Of a stretch of 64,000 bases of DNA, positions 11,668 through 21,899 are shown piece by piece. The notes under the pieces were generated by a model. It searched no databases. It was not told the DNA's origin and saw nothing but the letters and a program-made list of their open reading frames with translations. The stretch is from an uncultured virus (IMG/VR IMGVR_UViG_3300025121_000020). Taxonomy: Duplodnaviria > Heunggongvirae > Uroviricota > Caudoviricetes. Each line of letters opens with the position of its first letter. The first letter of the stretch is position 1. Location of the stretch: IMG/VR virus record IMGVR_UViG_3300025121_000020. One strand, given 5' to 3'. A program made the translations under genes and the position numbers.

Positions 11668-13278
11668 TCAGGCAGGCTCACTCGGGTAGTACCGCACCGA
11701 GATCTCCTTCTCATCCGTCGGCCTCGCCGACACCAGAATGATTCCCCTCTCTTTCGCCATCGCCGCGAACTCCTCCACCCTTCGTGGTGCGAGCGACGTG
11801 AGCCACGCCGCCTCCACGGCCATCACCCGCCCCGGAAAGGCCTGGATGCCGACGTCCAGCATCACCCGCGTCTGCTGTCCCTCGCTCAGGGACGGCTTCA
11901 CCGGGTCCGCGAACAGCTTCGTCTCCCCGTCCACCGTCGCGTACAACCGCCCACCATCGACCGTCAGCCCCGCCGGGATGCCCTTCCGACCCAACACCAC
12001 GCCGAGCTGGCCCTCGACGTCCTCCGCGACCTTCCGGTACTCTTTCCCGGACTGGACAGATGCCTCCGCATCCTTCGTCGCCGCAGCCTCGAGCACCTTT
12101 ACCACCGCAACGCGCTCATCGTGCGCTCGGACAGCCTCAGACGCCCCTTGCGCCGCACGAGCCCGCGACAGGTGGAGGGACGCACGGTCGGCCTCTTCCT
12201 TTGCCTGCTCAGCCTGTTCATCTGTGGGGAGATCCACGATCTCCTTGAACTGAGCCTGCGTGACGTCCCAGCGCCCCGCCTCCACCTCCACGCGTGCCCG
12301 GTTGGCTTGCATAGTCGCGAGACTCGCCTGCTCGACCCGCAGGCTCCCCCGCTGCCCCTCGACGTCCTGCGATGCCTTCGCGAGGTCCGCCTGGAGCTTG
12401 GCGATCTGCTCGCGGACCTTTCCCGCAGCAGCTTCCTTCCGCTCGAGCACGGCAGCGACGGTGGTCACCAGGTTGGCCTGTTCCGAGATGCCAGCGTCCA
12501 GACTCTCCGGCTTCGGCCTCTCCCCCAAGGTCCGCTTTACATCCTCAAGCTTCGCACGCCGCGAAGCCTGCAACTTCTTCTCCGCCGCCACCGCCGCAGC
12601 CGCGCGGGCGATTGCCTCGAGCGCCGTGCAATCCTCCCCCAGGTACATCACCAGTTCTTCGCCTACCTCCGGGGCAACCGCAGCCGCAATCGTCGCCCGA
12701 TGCACTTTCGCGGCCCCCGCCAGCTCCGCAGACTTCCGCTCTGCAGACAAAGCGAGCGCGTTCGCCTCGGTCTTTAGCGCCTCCTTGACGGTCAGAACGG
12801 GCTGCCCCGCCAGATTGGTCCCCGCAAGCTTCCCACACGAGAGGGTCTGGACGTCCCCCTCCGTCGCCGTGCCCGCCTCCGGGATCAGCGCGAACAGTGC
12901 CCGGATGCGCGCCTCGTCGGCGAGACCGGGATCCTTGACGCCGTTCCCGGTCAGGAAGCTGGTGAGCAAGTCCAAAGGTGCGATCGGGACACTCGCGACC
13001 ACCAGCTCACCCTTCTGCCTGGCAGAACGGATCAGGACACCTTTCCCCTCCTCAGCTACGTAGGCGGGAAGGGTCTTCGCCGTCCCGTCCGGGAGGCGGG
13101 CGACGTGTGCGTTGAGACGCCCCGCGCCAGATGTGGCGCAGACCAGGGCGTCCATGAGGTTGGTCTTCCCGAGGGCGTTGTCGCCCTCGAGAATGTTCCA
13201 ACCTGTTCGGAACGTGTAGGTGTGCTCGCCGGTGAGATTGCCGACGTTCGAGAATGTGTAGGTGATGGACGGTTGCAT
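11668..13278 (-). CDS. SMC/Rad50-like ABC ATPase with coiled coil
   Basis: Walker A GDNALGKT, long coiled coil, signature LSEGQ. Confidence 0.75.
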   Translation of the reverse strand: MQPSITYTFSNVGNLTGEHTYTFRTGWNILEGDNALGKTNLMDALVCATSGAGRLNAHVARLPDGTAKTLPAYVAEEGKGVLIRSARQKGELVVASVPIAPLDLLTSFLTGNGVKDPGLADEARIRALFALIPEAGTATEGDVQTLSCGKLAGTNLAGQPVLTVKEALKTEANALALSAERKSAELAGAAKVHRATIAAAVAPEVGEELVMYLGEDCTALEAIARAAAAVAAEKKLQASRRAKLEDVKRTLGERPKPESLDAGISEQANLVTTVAAVLERKEAAAGKVREQIAKLQADLAKASQDVEGQRGSLRVEQASLATMQANRARVEVEAGRWDVTQAQFKEIVDLPTDEQAEQAKEEADRASLHLSRARAAQGASEAVRAHDERVAVVKVLEAAATKDAEASVQSGKEYRKVAEDVEGQLGVVLGRKGIPAGLTVDGGRLYATVDGETKLFADPVKPSLSEGQQTRVMLDVGIQAFPGRVMAVEAAWLTSLAPRRVEEFAAMAKERGIILVSARPTDEKEISVRYYPSEPA

Positions 13279-13389
13279 TGCTGCCTCCCTGAAAGGTTTG
13301 GGGCAAAAGACTACTGTGAAGGAGTCTATAGAGGATAGAGATTAAAGTCAAGAAGATTTTTTAAGAGATTGTGCCTATATCTGACAATC

Positions 13390-14028
<639 letters not shown>

Positions 14029-14279
14029 GACCGGGCCTCATTGAACGCCTTGGAAACTACGTCCCGGTGAATGGTCTCTAGAGCAGCTTGGGTCAAGCAG
14101 ACATCCCGACCCCAGCGGTCCTCATTGTATCCGGAGAGGCCCGTAACTCCCAAACGCCGCGCCTCGAGCAACAACATGTGCTCACGAGCGCGCATCTTCT
14201 CGCTGCCACCGTACGCGTCAGAGACACGCGTCCAGTGCGCCTCCCAGGCACCGGCGAGTGAGCCTACCGCTGGAACATC

Positions 14280-14420
14280 GTCCTTCAAGGTACGCAATGC
14301 TGCTTCTCTCTACATACTACGTATGCGAAATACCTGTTTCCCAGGGCGGTCCAGATCGACCGGTCCCTCCGCAGGCGAATTAAGACCCCGACGAAGCCAC
14401 TACCGGGATCACTGCGTTCC
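14280..14420 (-). ncRNA. TnpB omegaRNA; guide starts at 14299 (CAUUGCGUACCUUGAAGG...)
   Basis: overlaps tnpB 3' end and right end; conserved in the other copies; GCUUC/GAAGC pseudoknot potential; 5' boundary approximate. Confidence 0.8.
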
Positions 14421-15483
14421 TGATGTTGATCGCGGCGTTCAGATCGCGATCGTGTATCGCCCCGCATCCCCCGCATGTCCACGATCGATCCTTCAGCTCC
14501 AGATCCTCTTTTTTCCATCCACAAGCTGAGCAAAGCTTACTCGACGCGAACCAGCGATCGACGACGACAACCCTACTCCCGAGCATCGGAGCCTTGTATT
14601 CGAGCTGCCTCCGGATCTCCCCGAAGGCAGCGTCGGCCAGGGATCGAGCTAAAGATCTCAGACCCGTCATCCCTCGCACATTCAGATCCTCGAGACCGAT
14701 CAAGTTGTGCTGTCTCACCAGCTCAGACGTCATCTTGTGAATGGCATCTCCCCGTTGGTCGGCCACCCGTGCGTACGCCCTCGCAACCCTGGCCTTGGCT
14801 TTCAGCCAGTTCGAAGAGCCCTTGACCTTGCGTGAGAGGGACCGCTGAAGTCCTCTCAATTTCTTCAGTGCCCCAGCGAGGTGTCGCGGGTTCTGGAAGC
14901 ACACGCCGTCCGAGCAGACGGCCAAAGTCTTCAATCCGAGATCGATCCCTACCGATCCACCTGGATGAGCTAGGGTACGGTTCGGCATCTCGACTTGAAT
15001 CGAGATCCACCAGTGCCCGGCCTTGAACGAGATCCGCCCAGAGAGGATTTTCCCGACGAAGCGAAGCACCTCCGCCATGTTGACGACGCCGATCAGCTTC
15101 TGGATCCGCAGTGCATGCCCGTCGACGTCGAACCGATCGTTCGCAAGGTAGAAAGTGGGCTTGCTCCGGTGCTTTGCCTTGAACTTCGGGTAGCCGACAC
15201 TCTTCATGCCGCGGAAAAAGTTCGCGAACGCCTTGCCGAGATCCGAGAACGCGCCCTCGACGGCGGACTTCGTGACGTCGTACGTCCAGGGGAATGCGGA
15301 TCCCTTGACCGCATTGAAGTCCTTCTTGAGACCCAGAGCGGACGGCTTGCCCCCGTCCTTATAGATCCGCTCCCACTCCGCCCGGCCCCAGTTGAAGGCG
15401 AAGCGAGCGATGCCACACGCCTGGCGGAAATAAGCCTCCTGATCGGGAGATGGGTTCAGGCGGATGCGGTGGGAGAGGATCAT
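14380..15483 (-). CDS. tnpB: RNA-guided endonuclease TnpB, catalytic residues intact
   Basis: RuvC GIDLG, LEDLNV, DRDLNAA; CSAC/CGGC zinc finger. Confidence 0.97.
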   Translation of the reverse strand: MILSHRIRLNPSPDQEAYFRQACGIARFAFNWGRAEWERIYKDGGKPSALGLKKDFNAVKGSAFPWTYDVTKSAVEGAFSDLGKAFANFFRGMKSVGYPKFKAKHRSKPTFYLANDRFDVDGHALRIQKLIGVVNMAEVLRFVGKILSGRISFKAGHWWISIQVEMPNRTLAHPGGSVGIDLGLKTLAVCSDGVCFQNPRHLAGALKKLRGLQRSLSRKVKGSSNWLKAKARVARAYARVADQRGDAIHKMTSELVRQHNLIGLEDLNVRGMTGLRSLARSLADAAFGEIRRQLEYKAPMLGSRVVVVDRWFASSKLCSACGWKKEDLELKDRSWTCGGCGAIHDRDLNAAINIRNAVIPVVASSGS

Positions 15484-16097
15484 TCTTTTGCCGATTCTAG
15501 CGCAGTTTTCAACGCTTTCTTGTAATTGCGTAAGCCATACAGACGAGAGGAAAAGCAGTGTACCACCGTCATCAGATCTTGAACCATTTCCTGCTCAGGG
15601 GATAATTTTTCAGAATTCAACACGCGAATGGCGCATTCGTGCGTGTGGCAATAGTGCTCAAACCACTCAAAGCCAAACCGACACAGGCGATCCTTGTGCG
15701 CAATGATCAAGTCTGAGATCTCACCTCGCCCGACGCGATCCATGATCTCGACGAATCGCTTTCGTCTCAAGTTCATCCCACCGCCGATTTCCTCCACGAA
15801 CTCCACACCGTCCAAACCGCTAGCTCCGCAAAAACCCTCTAACACCCCTCGTTGGTTCTTCAAGTCCGGTCTCTGCGCGTGAGAAGAGACCCGGCAGTAG
15901 GCGATGCATACCCGTACACAGGGAGAAGTCAGCCTACCCAAATAGGCGTCCAGAGACTGCTGCGCATATACACGCCTTCCGGAAGGAAGGCGTTCCGCGC
16001 GTAAGGATCCTTCCCGATCCCAACGTTGGAGAGTTTGCGGATGCTTACCTAGGTAAGCAGCGGCTTTTCCGAGAGAAAACATCTTCATAGAGACCAT
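15480..16097 (-). CDS. tnpA: IS607 serine transposase
   Basis: MerR-like HTH, YCRVSS catalytic motif, FSSRLYG. Confidence 0.97.
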   Translation of the reverse strand: MVSMKMFSLGKAAAYLGKHPQTLQRWDREGSLRAERLPSGRRVYAQQSLDAYLGRLTSPCVRVCIAYCRVSSHAQRPDLKNQRGVLEGFCGASGLDGVEFVEEIGGGMNLRRKRFVEIMDRVGRGEISDLIIAHKDRLCRFGFEWFEHYCHTHECAIRVLNSEKLSPEQEMVQDLMTVVHCFSSRLYGLRNYKKALKTALESAKE

Positions 16098-16370
16098 GAT
16101 AACATACTATTGCATACGTTGTCAAGAGCTAGATTAGCGCTCACATCTCCCCCACACGGTTCATGGCCGCCGCGTACCCCTCCGAGTACCCAGTAGACCA
16201 GCTCTTCTGCTTCCTGGTCAGCTTTTCACCGTCTGCTCGTCTCGAGACGAGAGCCATGTTGAAGATACTAAACTCAGTCGTGACACTTACCCCGAACTCG
16301 TACTCAAACGCGTAATTGAACGTTTCCACGAAACTGTCATTCAGCTTCTTTGCGATCTTCTGGGCTTTGC

Positions 16371-16721
16371 TCACAGTGCCTCCCTCATGTGTTTTATCAG
16401 ATCCACAATCGACAGGCGCGACTCCTCGTGTCCCGCCCGATTCCATCGCACCGCGTCTTCAACCTCTATCTTCTCACCTACTATCGAGACACCCGTCTCC
16501 AGGATGCGAGCCAACCGTTGTGGCCAACTTCTCATCCCATCCCGCCCATACTTCGCCTCGATGTATTCTTCCATACCTGCCTGACTGCTCGCAACGAAAA
16601 CGGGGGCGTCTACTACCTCCGACCACTCGAACCACACCTCTCCCTGCTCGTCCTTCAACCTACCAATAAAGCTGCCCATCCCTACCTCCACAAGACGCCC
16701 TTCCCCTCGCAAGCGGGGCAC
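16371..16721 (-). CDS. hypothetical protein
   Basis: likely start MGSFIG after GGAGG. Confidence 0.55.
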   Translation of the reverse strand: MPRLRGEGRLVEVGMGSFIGRLKDEQGEVWFEWSEVVDAPVFVASSQAGMEEYIEAKYGRDGMRSWPQRLARILETGVSIVGEKIEVEDAVRWNRAGHEESRLSIVDLIKHMREAL

Positions 16722-17068
16722 ATGAACCGCGCCTCCGGATCCCTCCGCTTGATGAACTCCGGAGGATCCACCTCCGTGAACCCCTCACATACCGAGCACA
16801 CGTGTGGCGACAGCGCAGCACCTCTCTTTCCGCACACAGGACACGTACAGGCTCCCTGAGCCTGTGGATCTCCCTTACCATCGCGTCGATCGTCTCCGCA
16901 GGAAGCTCAGACAACGCACGCGCCAATTGCTGCCCCTGCCTCTGCAGCCCCTCGGCCATACGGGGTGACATCCTTTCCTCTTTTTCAAAAGCAGAAAGAA
17001 ATCTCTTTCCGATACGGATCCACACGCCTAAACCGCCTTCAGGGTAGACACTGACGAGCCGCATTTCT

Positions 17069-17629
17069 CTACCTTTCCATTGAGGTGTTTAACACCCACC
17101 CCACCTGCACGGCAATAGCCTTCTGAATGTCTCTCAGCCTCGCAATCAGCTCTTCTTTTCGCCCTGCGCGTAGGAGGCGCCCTCCCTCTCTTACCCCCGC
17201 TACCCTCCCCCGCAAAAACTGCAGGAGATCCCCCGTGAACCCGCTCACTCCTTCCATAACTGTCTGAAGCCTCCGCAGGTCACGCTGACACTCCCTCGCT
17301 TGTGCCAACCAGTCCCCACCAAGAACAGCAGCCTCGCTCAATCCCACCCCCCGCCCCAGGCACACCGCCCATGAGAAAATCTCCCGCACGTCCATCTCCC
17401 AGACTACTCCAGGAGGGAGACTCTCGCGAAAGAGTCTCTTTTTCTTCTCGTGCAGAAAGGCATCTTCGAATTGGCGCGTCATTACGTCCTCTAGCCGATC
17501 ATCCGTCACACCGAAAGCTACCGCATGCGGGTGGACGCCTCCTGCTGGTAAGGACGCCACCCACTGCTTAGCATGCTCACGGCACTGCTGAGCCTCTTGT
17601 GCGGTCAATTTTACTAGTTCATCCCTCAT
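17069..17629 (-). CDS. hypothetical protein
   Basis: SD GAGGGAG; 186 aa. Confidence 0.6.
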   Translation of the reverse strand: MRDELVKLTAQEAQQCREHAKQWVASLPAGGVHPHAVAFGVTDDRLEDVMTRQFEDAFLHEKKKRLFRESLPPGVVWEMDVREIFSWAVCLGRGVGLSEAAVLGGDWLAQARECQRDLRRLQTVMEGVSGFTGDLLQFLRGRVAGVREGGRLLRAGRKEELIARLRDIQKAIAVQVGWVLNTSMER

Positions 17630-17976
17630 GTTCGCTCTCCCTCAATCCGGATCCCCAACTACCGTGTAGGAAAACACCCTCCCTGTGCGAAAGTACGTAA
17701 CCGTACGCGACCTCTCCTTCCCCCACTGCCCAAAAATCACAGGAGGAATTTCCCCCTCAACTACTGCATACCCCGCCGTACCAAAGGTATGCCCTGTGAC
17801 ACGCTGGATATCACGGCAAACTCGGCGCGCCAGCCATGCCCCTACCTCCGTGCCAAACTGCTGACTGATGTAGCGTACTATGGCGTCATAGTGCTCAGGG
17901 TTCCGCTTCACCCTAGGAAACTCGACAGGAATGCTACGATCGTACGGAGTACCCACATCTGGTGCTGGTACCAGCT

Positions 17977-19512
17977 TCACACCCACCCCTTCACCAGCAA
18001 CTGTATGCTTTTCATCCCGTTCCACTCGTTCCACTGCGGCTGGAACACTACCCTCTCGCCCCCCTCCCCCTTCCCCTTCCCCGGATAGAACCACATCGCC
18101 GTCCGCGTCCCCGTGCCGTCACGCAGCGTCAACCTCTGGTGCCCTCCCCGCACCTCTCTCCTGTCCGCCACCTCCGCCGCGCAACAGAACAGCGGCGCGG
18201 GGTTCCCCTCCCCCGTCGGCTCGAGCGCGTCCAGTACCGACATCAGAGCGGGGTCTACCTCCCCAAGGGAGATCTCGTGCACATCCGTGACGGCCTCCGG
18301 GATCTCCGCCCGCGCCACGATCTCCGCGAAGCGCTTCCGGAACTCCCCTAGCTTGGCGTACTGCACGTTGCATCCCGCGGCGCGAGCGTGCCCCCCGGAC
18401 CGCTCGAGCACGTCGGAGCACTCGGCCAGTGCCCCGCGCACGTCGAACCCCTCCGGCGCCCTGGCGGACCCCGCGCACGGATCCGAGCGCGTGGACACGA
18501 CGACGCTGGGCAGCCCCGTGCGCTCGCACAACTTACCAGCGATGATACCGACTACGCCAGGATGCCAGTCCCCGGAGACGACCGGGGCCGGGTTCGCCCC
18601 GATCTGCTCGAGGATCTCCTTCTCCACCTCCCGCCTCTCCCTGTTGCACGCGTCCAGCTCCTCTGCCGCCGCCACTGCCACGCGCCTGTCCCGCGACGTC
18701 AAACACCGGAAGGCCATGTCCGGACCGCGCAAGCGCCCGGCAGCGTTGACGCGCGGCGCCACCTGGAATGCGACGTCAGACGCGCGCGTTCGCCCCTCCA
18801 TGAGATAGGCAAGTCCGGGAAAGGACGACTTGTGCCGGATCCCCTCTCGCACAAGGAGGCGATTCACCCCCCGCAGGGGCACGACGTCCGCCACCGTGGC
18901 GACCGCAGCGTGCGTCAGCAAATCCGATAAGAGATCCTTCCCCGTCCCAGCCCGTCTGAGCAGTGCCCAAGCGAGGAACCACGCGACCCCCGCTCCGCAC
19001 AGCCCCGCGTGAGCGACTGAACGGGCAGGATGAAGCCACGGACAGGGAGGCTCCGCGTCGTAAGCATGGTGGTCCGTCACGATGACAGGGTGACCAGCCG
19101 CTAGGAGAGCGCGCACTTGCTCAGGCTGTGCAACACCGCAGTCGACGGTCACGACGACGCCCCCCGGGGGCAACCGGTCGACGCACCGATCAGCGCGCAA
19201 CCCGTACCCGTCATGCTCGCGGTCCGGAAGGTGTACCAGGACATCCGCTCCCAAGTGCTGCAGCGCGAGCATCAGGATAGCCGACGCGCACACGCCGTCA
19301 CAATCATAGTCCCCGTGGATCAGGATGGGGGTGTGGTCGAGGATAGCGGTCTCGAGCTGCTCGCAGACATCCAGCATGCCAGGGAGGGAGAAAGGGTCCG
19401 GGAGAGAGCGCAGGGTGGGGTAGATTTCCAGGTCAACAGGAGGCTGGAAAGGGGGGAGGATTTTGTAAATCAAGGTGTTACCTCGCCAACGTGATACCCG
19501 CCCAACCCCCAC
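17977..19512 (-). CDS. recJ: ssDNA exonuclease RecJ (DHH family); true start uncertain
   Basis: HGDYDCDG, TVDCG, TDHH, APRVNAAGRL, GSARA, GGHARAAG. Confidence 0.95.
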   Translation of the reverse strand: MGVGRVSRWRGNTLIYKILPPFQPPVDLEIYPTLRSLPDPFSLPGMLDVCEQLETAILDHTPILIHGDYDCDGVCASAILMLALQHLGADVLVHLPDREHDGYGLRADRCVDRLPPGGVVVTVDCGVAQPEQVRALLAAGHPVIVTDHHAYDAEPPCPWLHPARSVAHAGLCGAGVAWFLAWALLRRAGTGKDLLSDLLTHAAVATVADVVPLRGVNRLLVREGIRHKSSFPGLAYLMEGRTRASDVAFQVAPRVNAAGRLRGPDMAFRCLTSRDRRVAVAAAEELDACNRERREVEKEILEQIGANPAPVVSGDWHPGVVGIIAGKLCERTGLPSVVVSTRSDPCAGSARAPEGFDVRGALAECSDVLERSGGHARAAGCNVQYAKLGEFRKRFAEIVARAEIPEAVTDVHEISLGEVDPALMSVLDALEPTGEGNPAPLFCCAAEVADRREVRGGHQRLTLRDGTGTRTAMWFYPGKGKGEGGERVVFQPQWNEWNGMKSIQLLVKGWV

Positions 19513-19678
19513 CCGGGCAAGAGCGCCCCCAGCTTCTCCCTGAGCTGACTACCCGCAATCGCATCCGCAATCGGATCCGCTGAGAGGTCAACTTCCGTCG
19601 TCCCGTACAAGACCCGGATCCGCTTCTTCCGATGCGGCTCCCGCTCAGAACGGGTGAGCATGTACTTCACGGTGTAGG

Positions 19679-19915
19679 TCATCTCACCGGTCCCCGATGC
19701 CCCTGCATCCTTCGAACGACAGGTCGAATCGCGAGATCCCACATCAGCGCAGACACCATGACCCCCGCGACGACCGCCGGCGGAATCCAGATCGGGGACA
19801 CCACCCACCAGACGGACCACGCGATCACCCCCGCGATGCGGAAGGCGACGAACAGAAGAGTCAGCACCAAGCAGAAGATGAAACTCACGAGCGCAAGCAA
19901 CTGATCGAAACGCAT
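19679..19915 (-). CDS. small membrane protein
   Basis: GVIAWSVWWVVSPIWIP with two hydrophobic helices; SD GGAGG. Confidence 0.7.
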   Translation of the reverse strand: MRFDQLLALVSFIFCLVLTLLFVAFRIAGVIAWSVWWVVSPIWIPPAVVAGVMVSALMWDLAIRPVVRRMQGHRGPVR

Positions 19916-20323
19916 GTCTACCTCCCTTACGAAAAGTTATTGCGCCTCTCCCTTGCTCCCCGGGTGAGGCTAGGTACAGGGTGACGAGCCCGCGTCACAC
20001 CGGAGTTCCGATCGGGACGCTCCCCGACCGTTCCTCCCGCTGGGCTCGTAGACAGGCTCTCCCTGGCGCGCTAGAATCCGGCAGGCTCACGCGTTGACCG
20101 CTTTCGACGTACCGCGTGAACCAGAGCATGCGCAGGAGCCGCCCCCGCGCCCGCGTGACGACACGCACCGCCTCGTGCTCTTCCCCGGTTCGGGGACGCG
20201 TCGTCATCAGAAGAGCGGTCCGTGGCGCATACCTCACCTGCCTGTGTGAGTGACAGGAGAGTAGCAGCGCCGCGGCGAGCATGCGAAGCCAAAAGAGCAC
20301 TCGATCAACCTTCCAGGATACGA

Positions 20324-20386
20324 ACCCAAAGGTATGCAAAATACCTATTTCTCGGGGCGGTCCAGATCGACCGGTCCCTCCGCAGG
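20324..20386 (-). mobile_element. degenerate omegaRNA fragment (IS607 relic)
   Basis: ~60 bp similar to 14320-14376 and 55894-55956; both element ends lost. Confidence 0.8.
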
Positions 20387-20818
20387 AATGAAATCCGACT
20401 CCTTCGCCAAAAGTAGACTCATAAGAAGTAAGCTCTGCACCTTCGCTTTGCCGACGCTGTGCCCGCTTGGCGCGTGTGCAGGCTCCGCTGTCGGCTCCGC
20501 TGTCGGCTCCGCTGTCGGCTCCGCTGTCGGCTCCGCTGTCGGCTCCGCTGTCGGCTCCGCTGTCGGCTCCACCAGCGTCATACTATACCTCTGCCTCTGC
20601 CTGCACGCCTCCCGATACGAGACCATGTCCGTGAACTCAGCATCCCCTGTCTCCCGCCTCTTGAACAGGTTCGCAGGCAAGAACGCCGTGAAGATCAGCA
20701 CAGGCTGCATACGGTGCACCCCGTCCTCTCCCCTTACGTCCCGATCCTGGTAGATGTCCCGCTTGACCGCCAGCGGGAGGCCATGCGCCCTACGATACTG
20801 GAGTTCTCTGCTCGTCAT
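20345..20818 (-). CDS. hypothetical protein with (EPTA)n repeat
   Basis: 157 aa; 12-bp repeat x7.5 at 20481-20570; stop codon lies in the omegaRNA relic. Confidence 0.5.
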   Translation of the reverse strand: MTSRELQYRRAHGLPLAVKRDIYQDRDVRGEDGVHRMQPVLIFTAFLPANLFKRRETGDAEFTDMVSYREACRQRQRYSMTLVEPTAEPTAEPTAEPTAEPTAEPTAEPTAEPAHAPSGHSVGKAKVQSLLLMSLLLAKESDFIPAEGPVDLDRPEK

Positions 20819-20959
20819 TTGGTCTCCATTTGGTCTCCATAGATTGGAAGCGCCGCCGTAGCTGCCGATTGTAACCTCACAAGGAGAGTGCGGTGCTTCC
20901 TGAAAAGGAGTATCTCAGATGTTGATACTGAAGTCAAGAAGATTTTTTAAGAAATGATT

Positions 20960-21172
20960 TCAAAAACGATCGTCGTCTACCTTATCGTTTTCTGTCGGAA
21001 ACAGGGTGATCAGCATCCCCTCCCCCGACATCCGCCAGTCGAGGACCACCCCAGGATCGAGCCTGACGGACAAGGACCCACCTTCGTTCACCCAAGCACA
21101 TCCCATCCTGCCCCCGGAACCCTTCTCCCCTTTTGGCTTGACTTTCAGAATGTAATCAGGCTTTCGTGACAT
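20960..21172 (-). CDS. small DUF736-like protein (tentative)
   Basis: RMGCAW..EGGSLSVRLD pattern. Confidence 0.45.
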   Translation of the reverse strand: MSRKPDYILKVKPKGEKGSGGRMGCAWVNEGGSLSVRLDPGVVLDWRMSGEGMLITLFPTENDKVDDDRF

Positions 21173-21433
21173 ACTCTATCCTCAACCAGCTCTCAATGCT
21201 CTGCAGCGTTCTATCCCTCCCCCGCACCTCTTCCGGAGTCCGTGCGCGCCGCTGAACCTTCTTAATATCAAGCTCCCTTCGCCGCGCGTATCCCCTCAAA
21301 CATTGCGGGCAGAACGCGCGCCCCGAAACGAAGCCCCACCCCCGCGCCTGCTGCTCACGCGCGAATTCCCAGATGTCGGCACGCCCCGGGGGTTCTTGGA
21401 CGACGCGGGCACACTTGCAACACTGGAGGTTGA

Positions 21434-21784
21434 TCACGACACCTTCCCGTAGCACGCCGTCCCCGCCCCCACGTGGCACGTCTCCTCCGGGTCGATGCAC
21501 GTGTTCCCGCATGGCAGTCCCGTCACGCAGACGGGCTTGCACCCGCAGGACTCGTCCGGACAGCACTCGTTGTCCACTACCCCGTCGCAATCCTCGTCGT
21601 AGCTATTGCAGAACTCCGGAGCGCCGGGATATGCCTCGTCATTCTGATCGTCGCAGTCCCCGTCTGAAATTTCGAAACCGTCGCCATCCCCATCGACCTC
21701 GCACTGCGCGATCGAACAGAGCAGTGCTACCGAACCCACCGTGAGTAAGGTGTAGATCAGGATCGTGTACGTGCGCCGTGTCAT
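21434..21784 (-). CDS. exported Cys-rich protein with a myxobacterial-type putative metal-binding (MopE-like) motif
   Basis: signal/TM helix then DGDGDGF...DCDD...YPGAPEFCN..DEDCDG; SD AGGAG. Confidence 0.75.
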   Translation of the reverse strand: MTRRTYTILIYTLLTVGSVALLCSIAQCEVDGDGDGFEISDGDCDDQNDEAYPGAPEFCNSYDEDCDGVVDNECCPDESCGCKPVCVTGLPCGNTCIDPEETCHVGAGTACYGKVS

Positions 21785-21899
21785 ACTTGCTCCTTTTGTC
21801 CAAGATTCCGCCTCGAGTTTCTCCGTGCGCAACCGAGTCGCGTCCTACGGAGCCACCTCGCGGCGAGCGCAACTCTGTCCCTCACGCGCTGGTCTTGCC

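Larger units (their letters stand above)
14300..16139 (-). mobile_element. IS607-family element (tnpA + tnpB + omegaRNA), ~1.84 kb, AG core dinucleotide
   Basis: left end GAG|CGCTAATCTAGC and right end GAGAGAAGCAG| defined by identity with the mini-element at 55850-55972. Confidence 0.93.
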
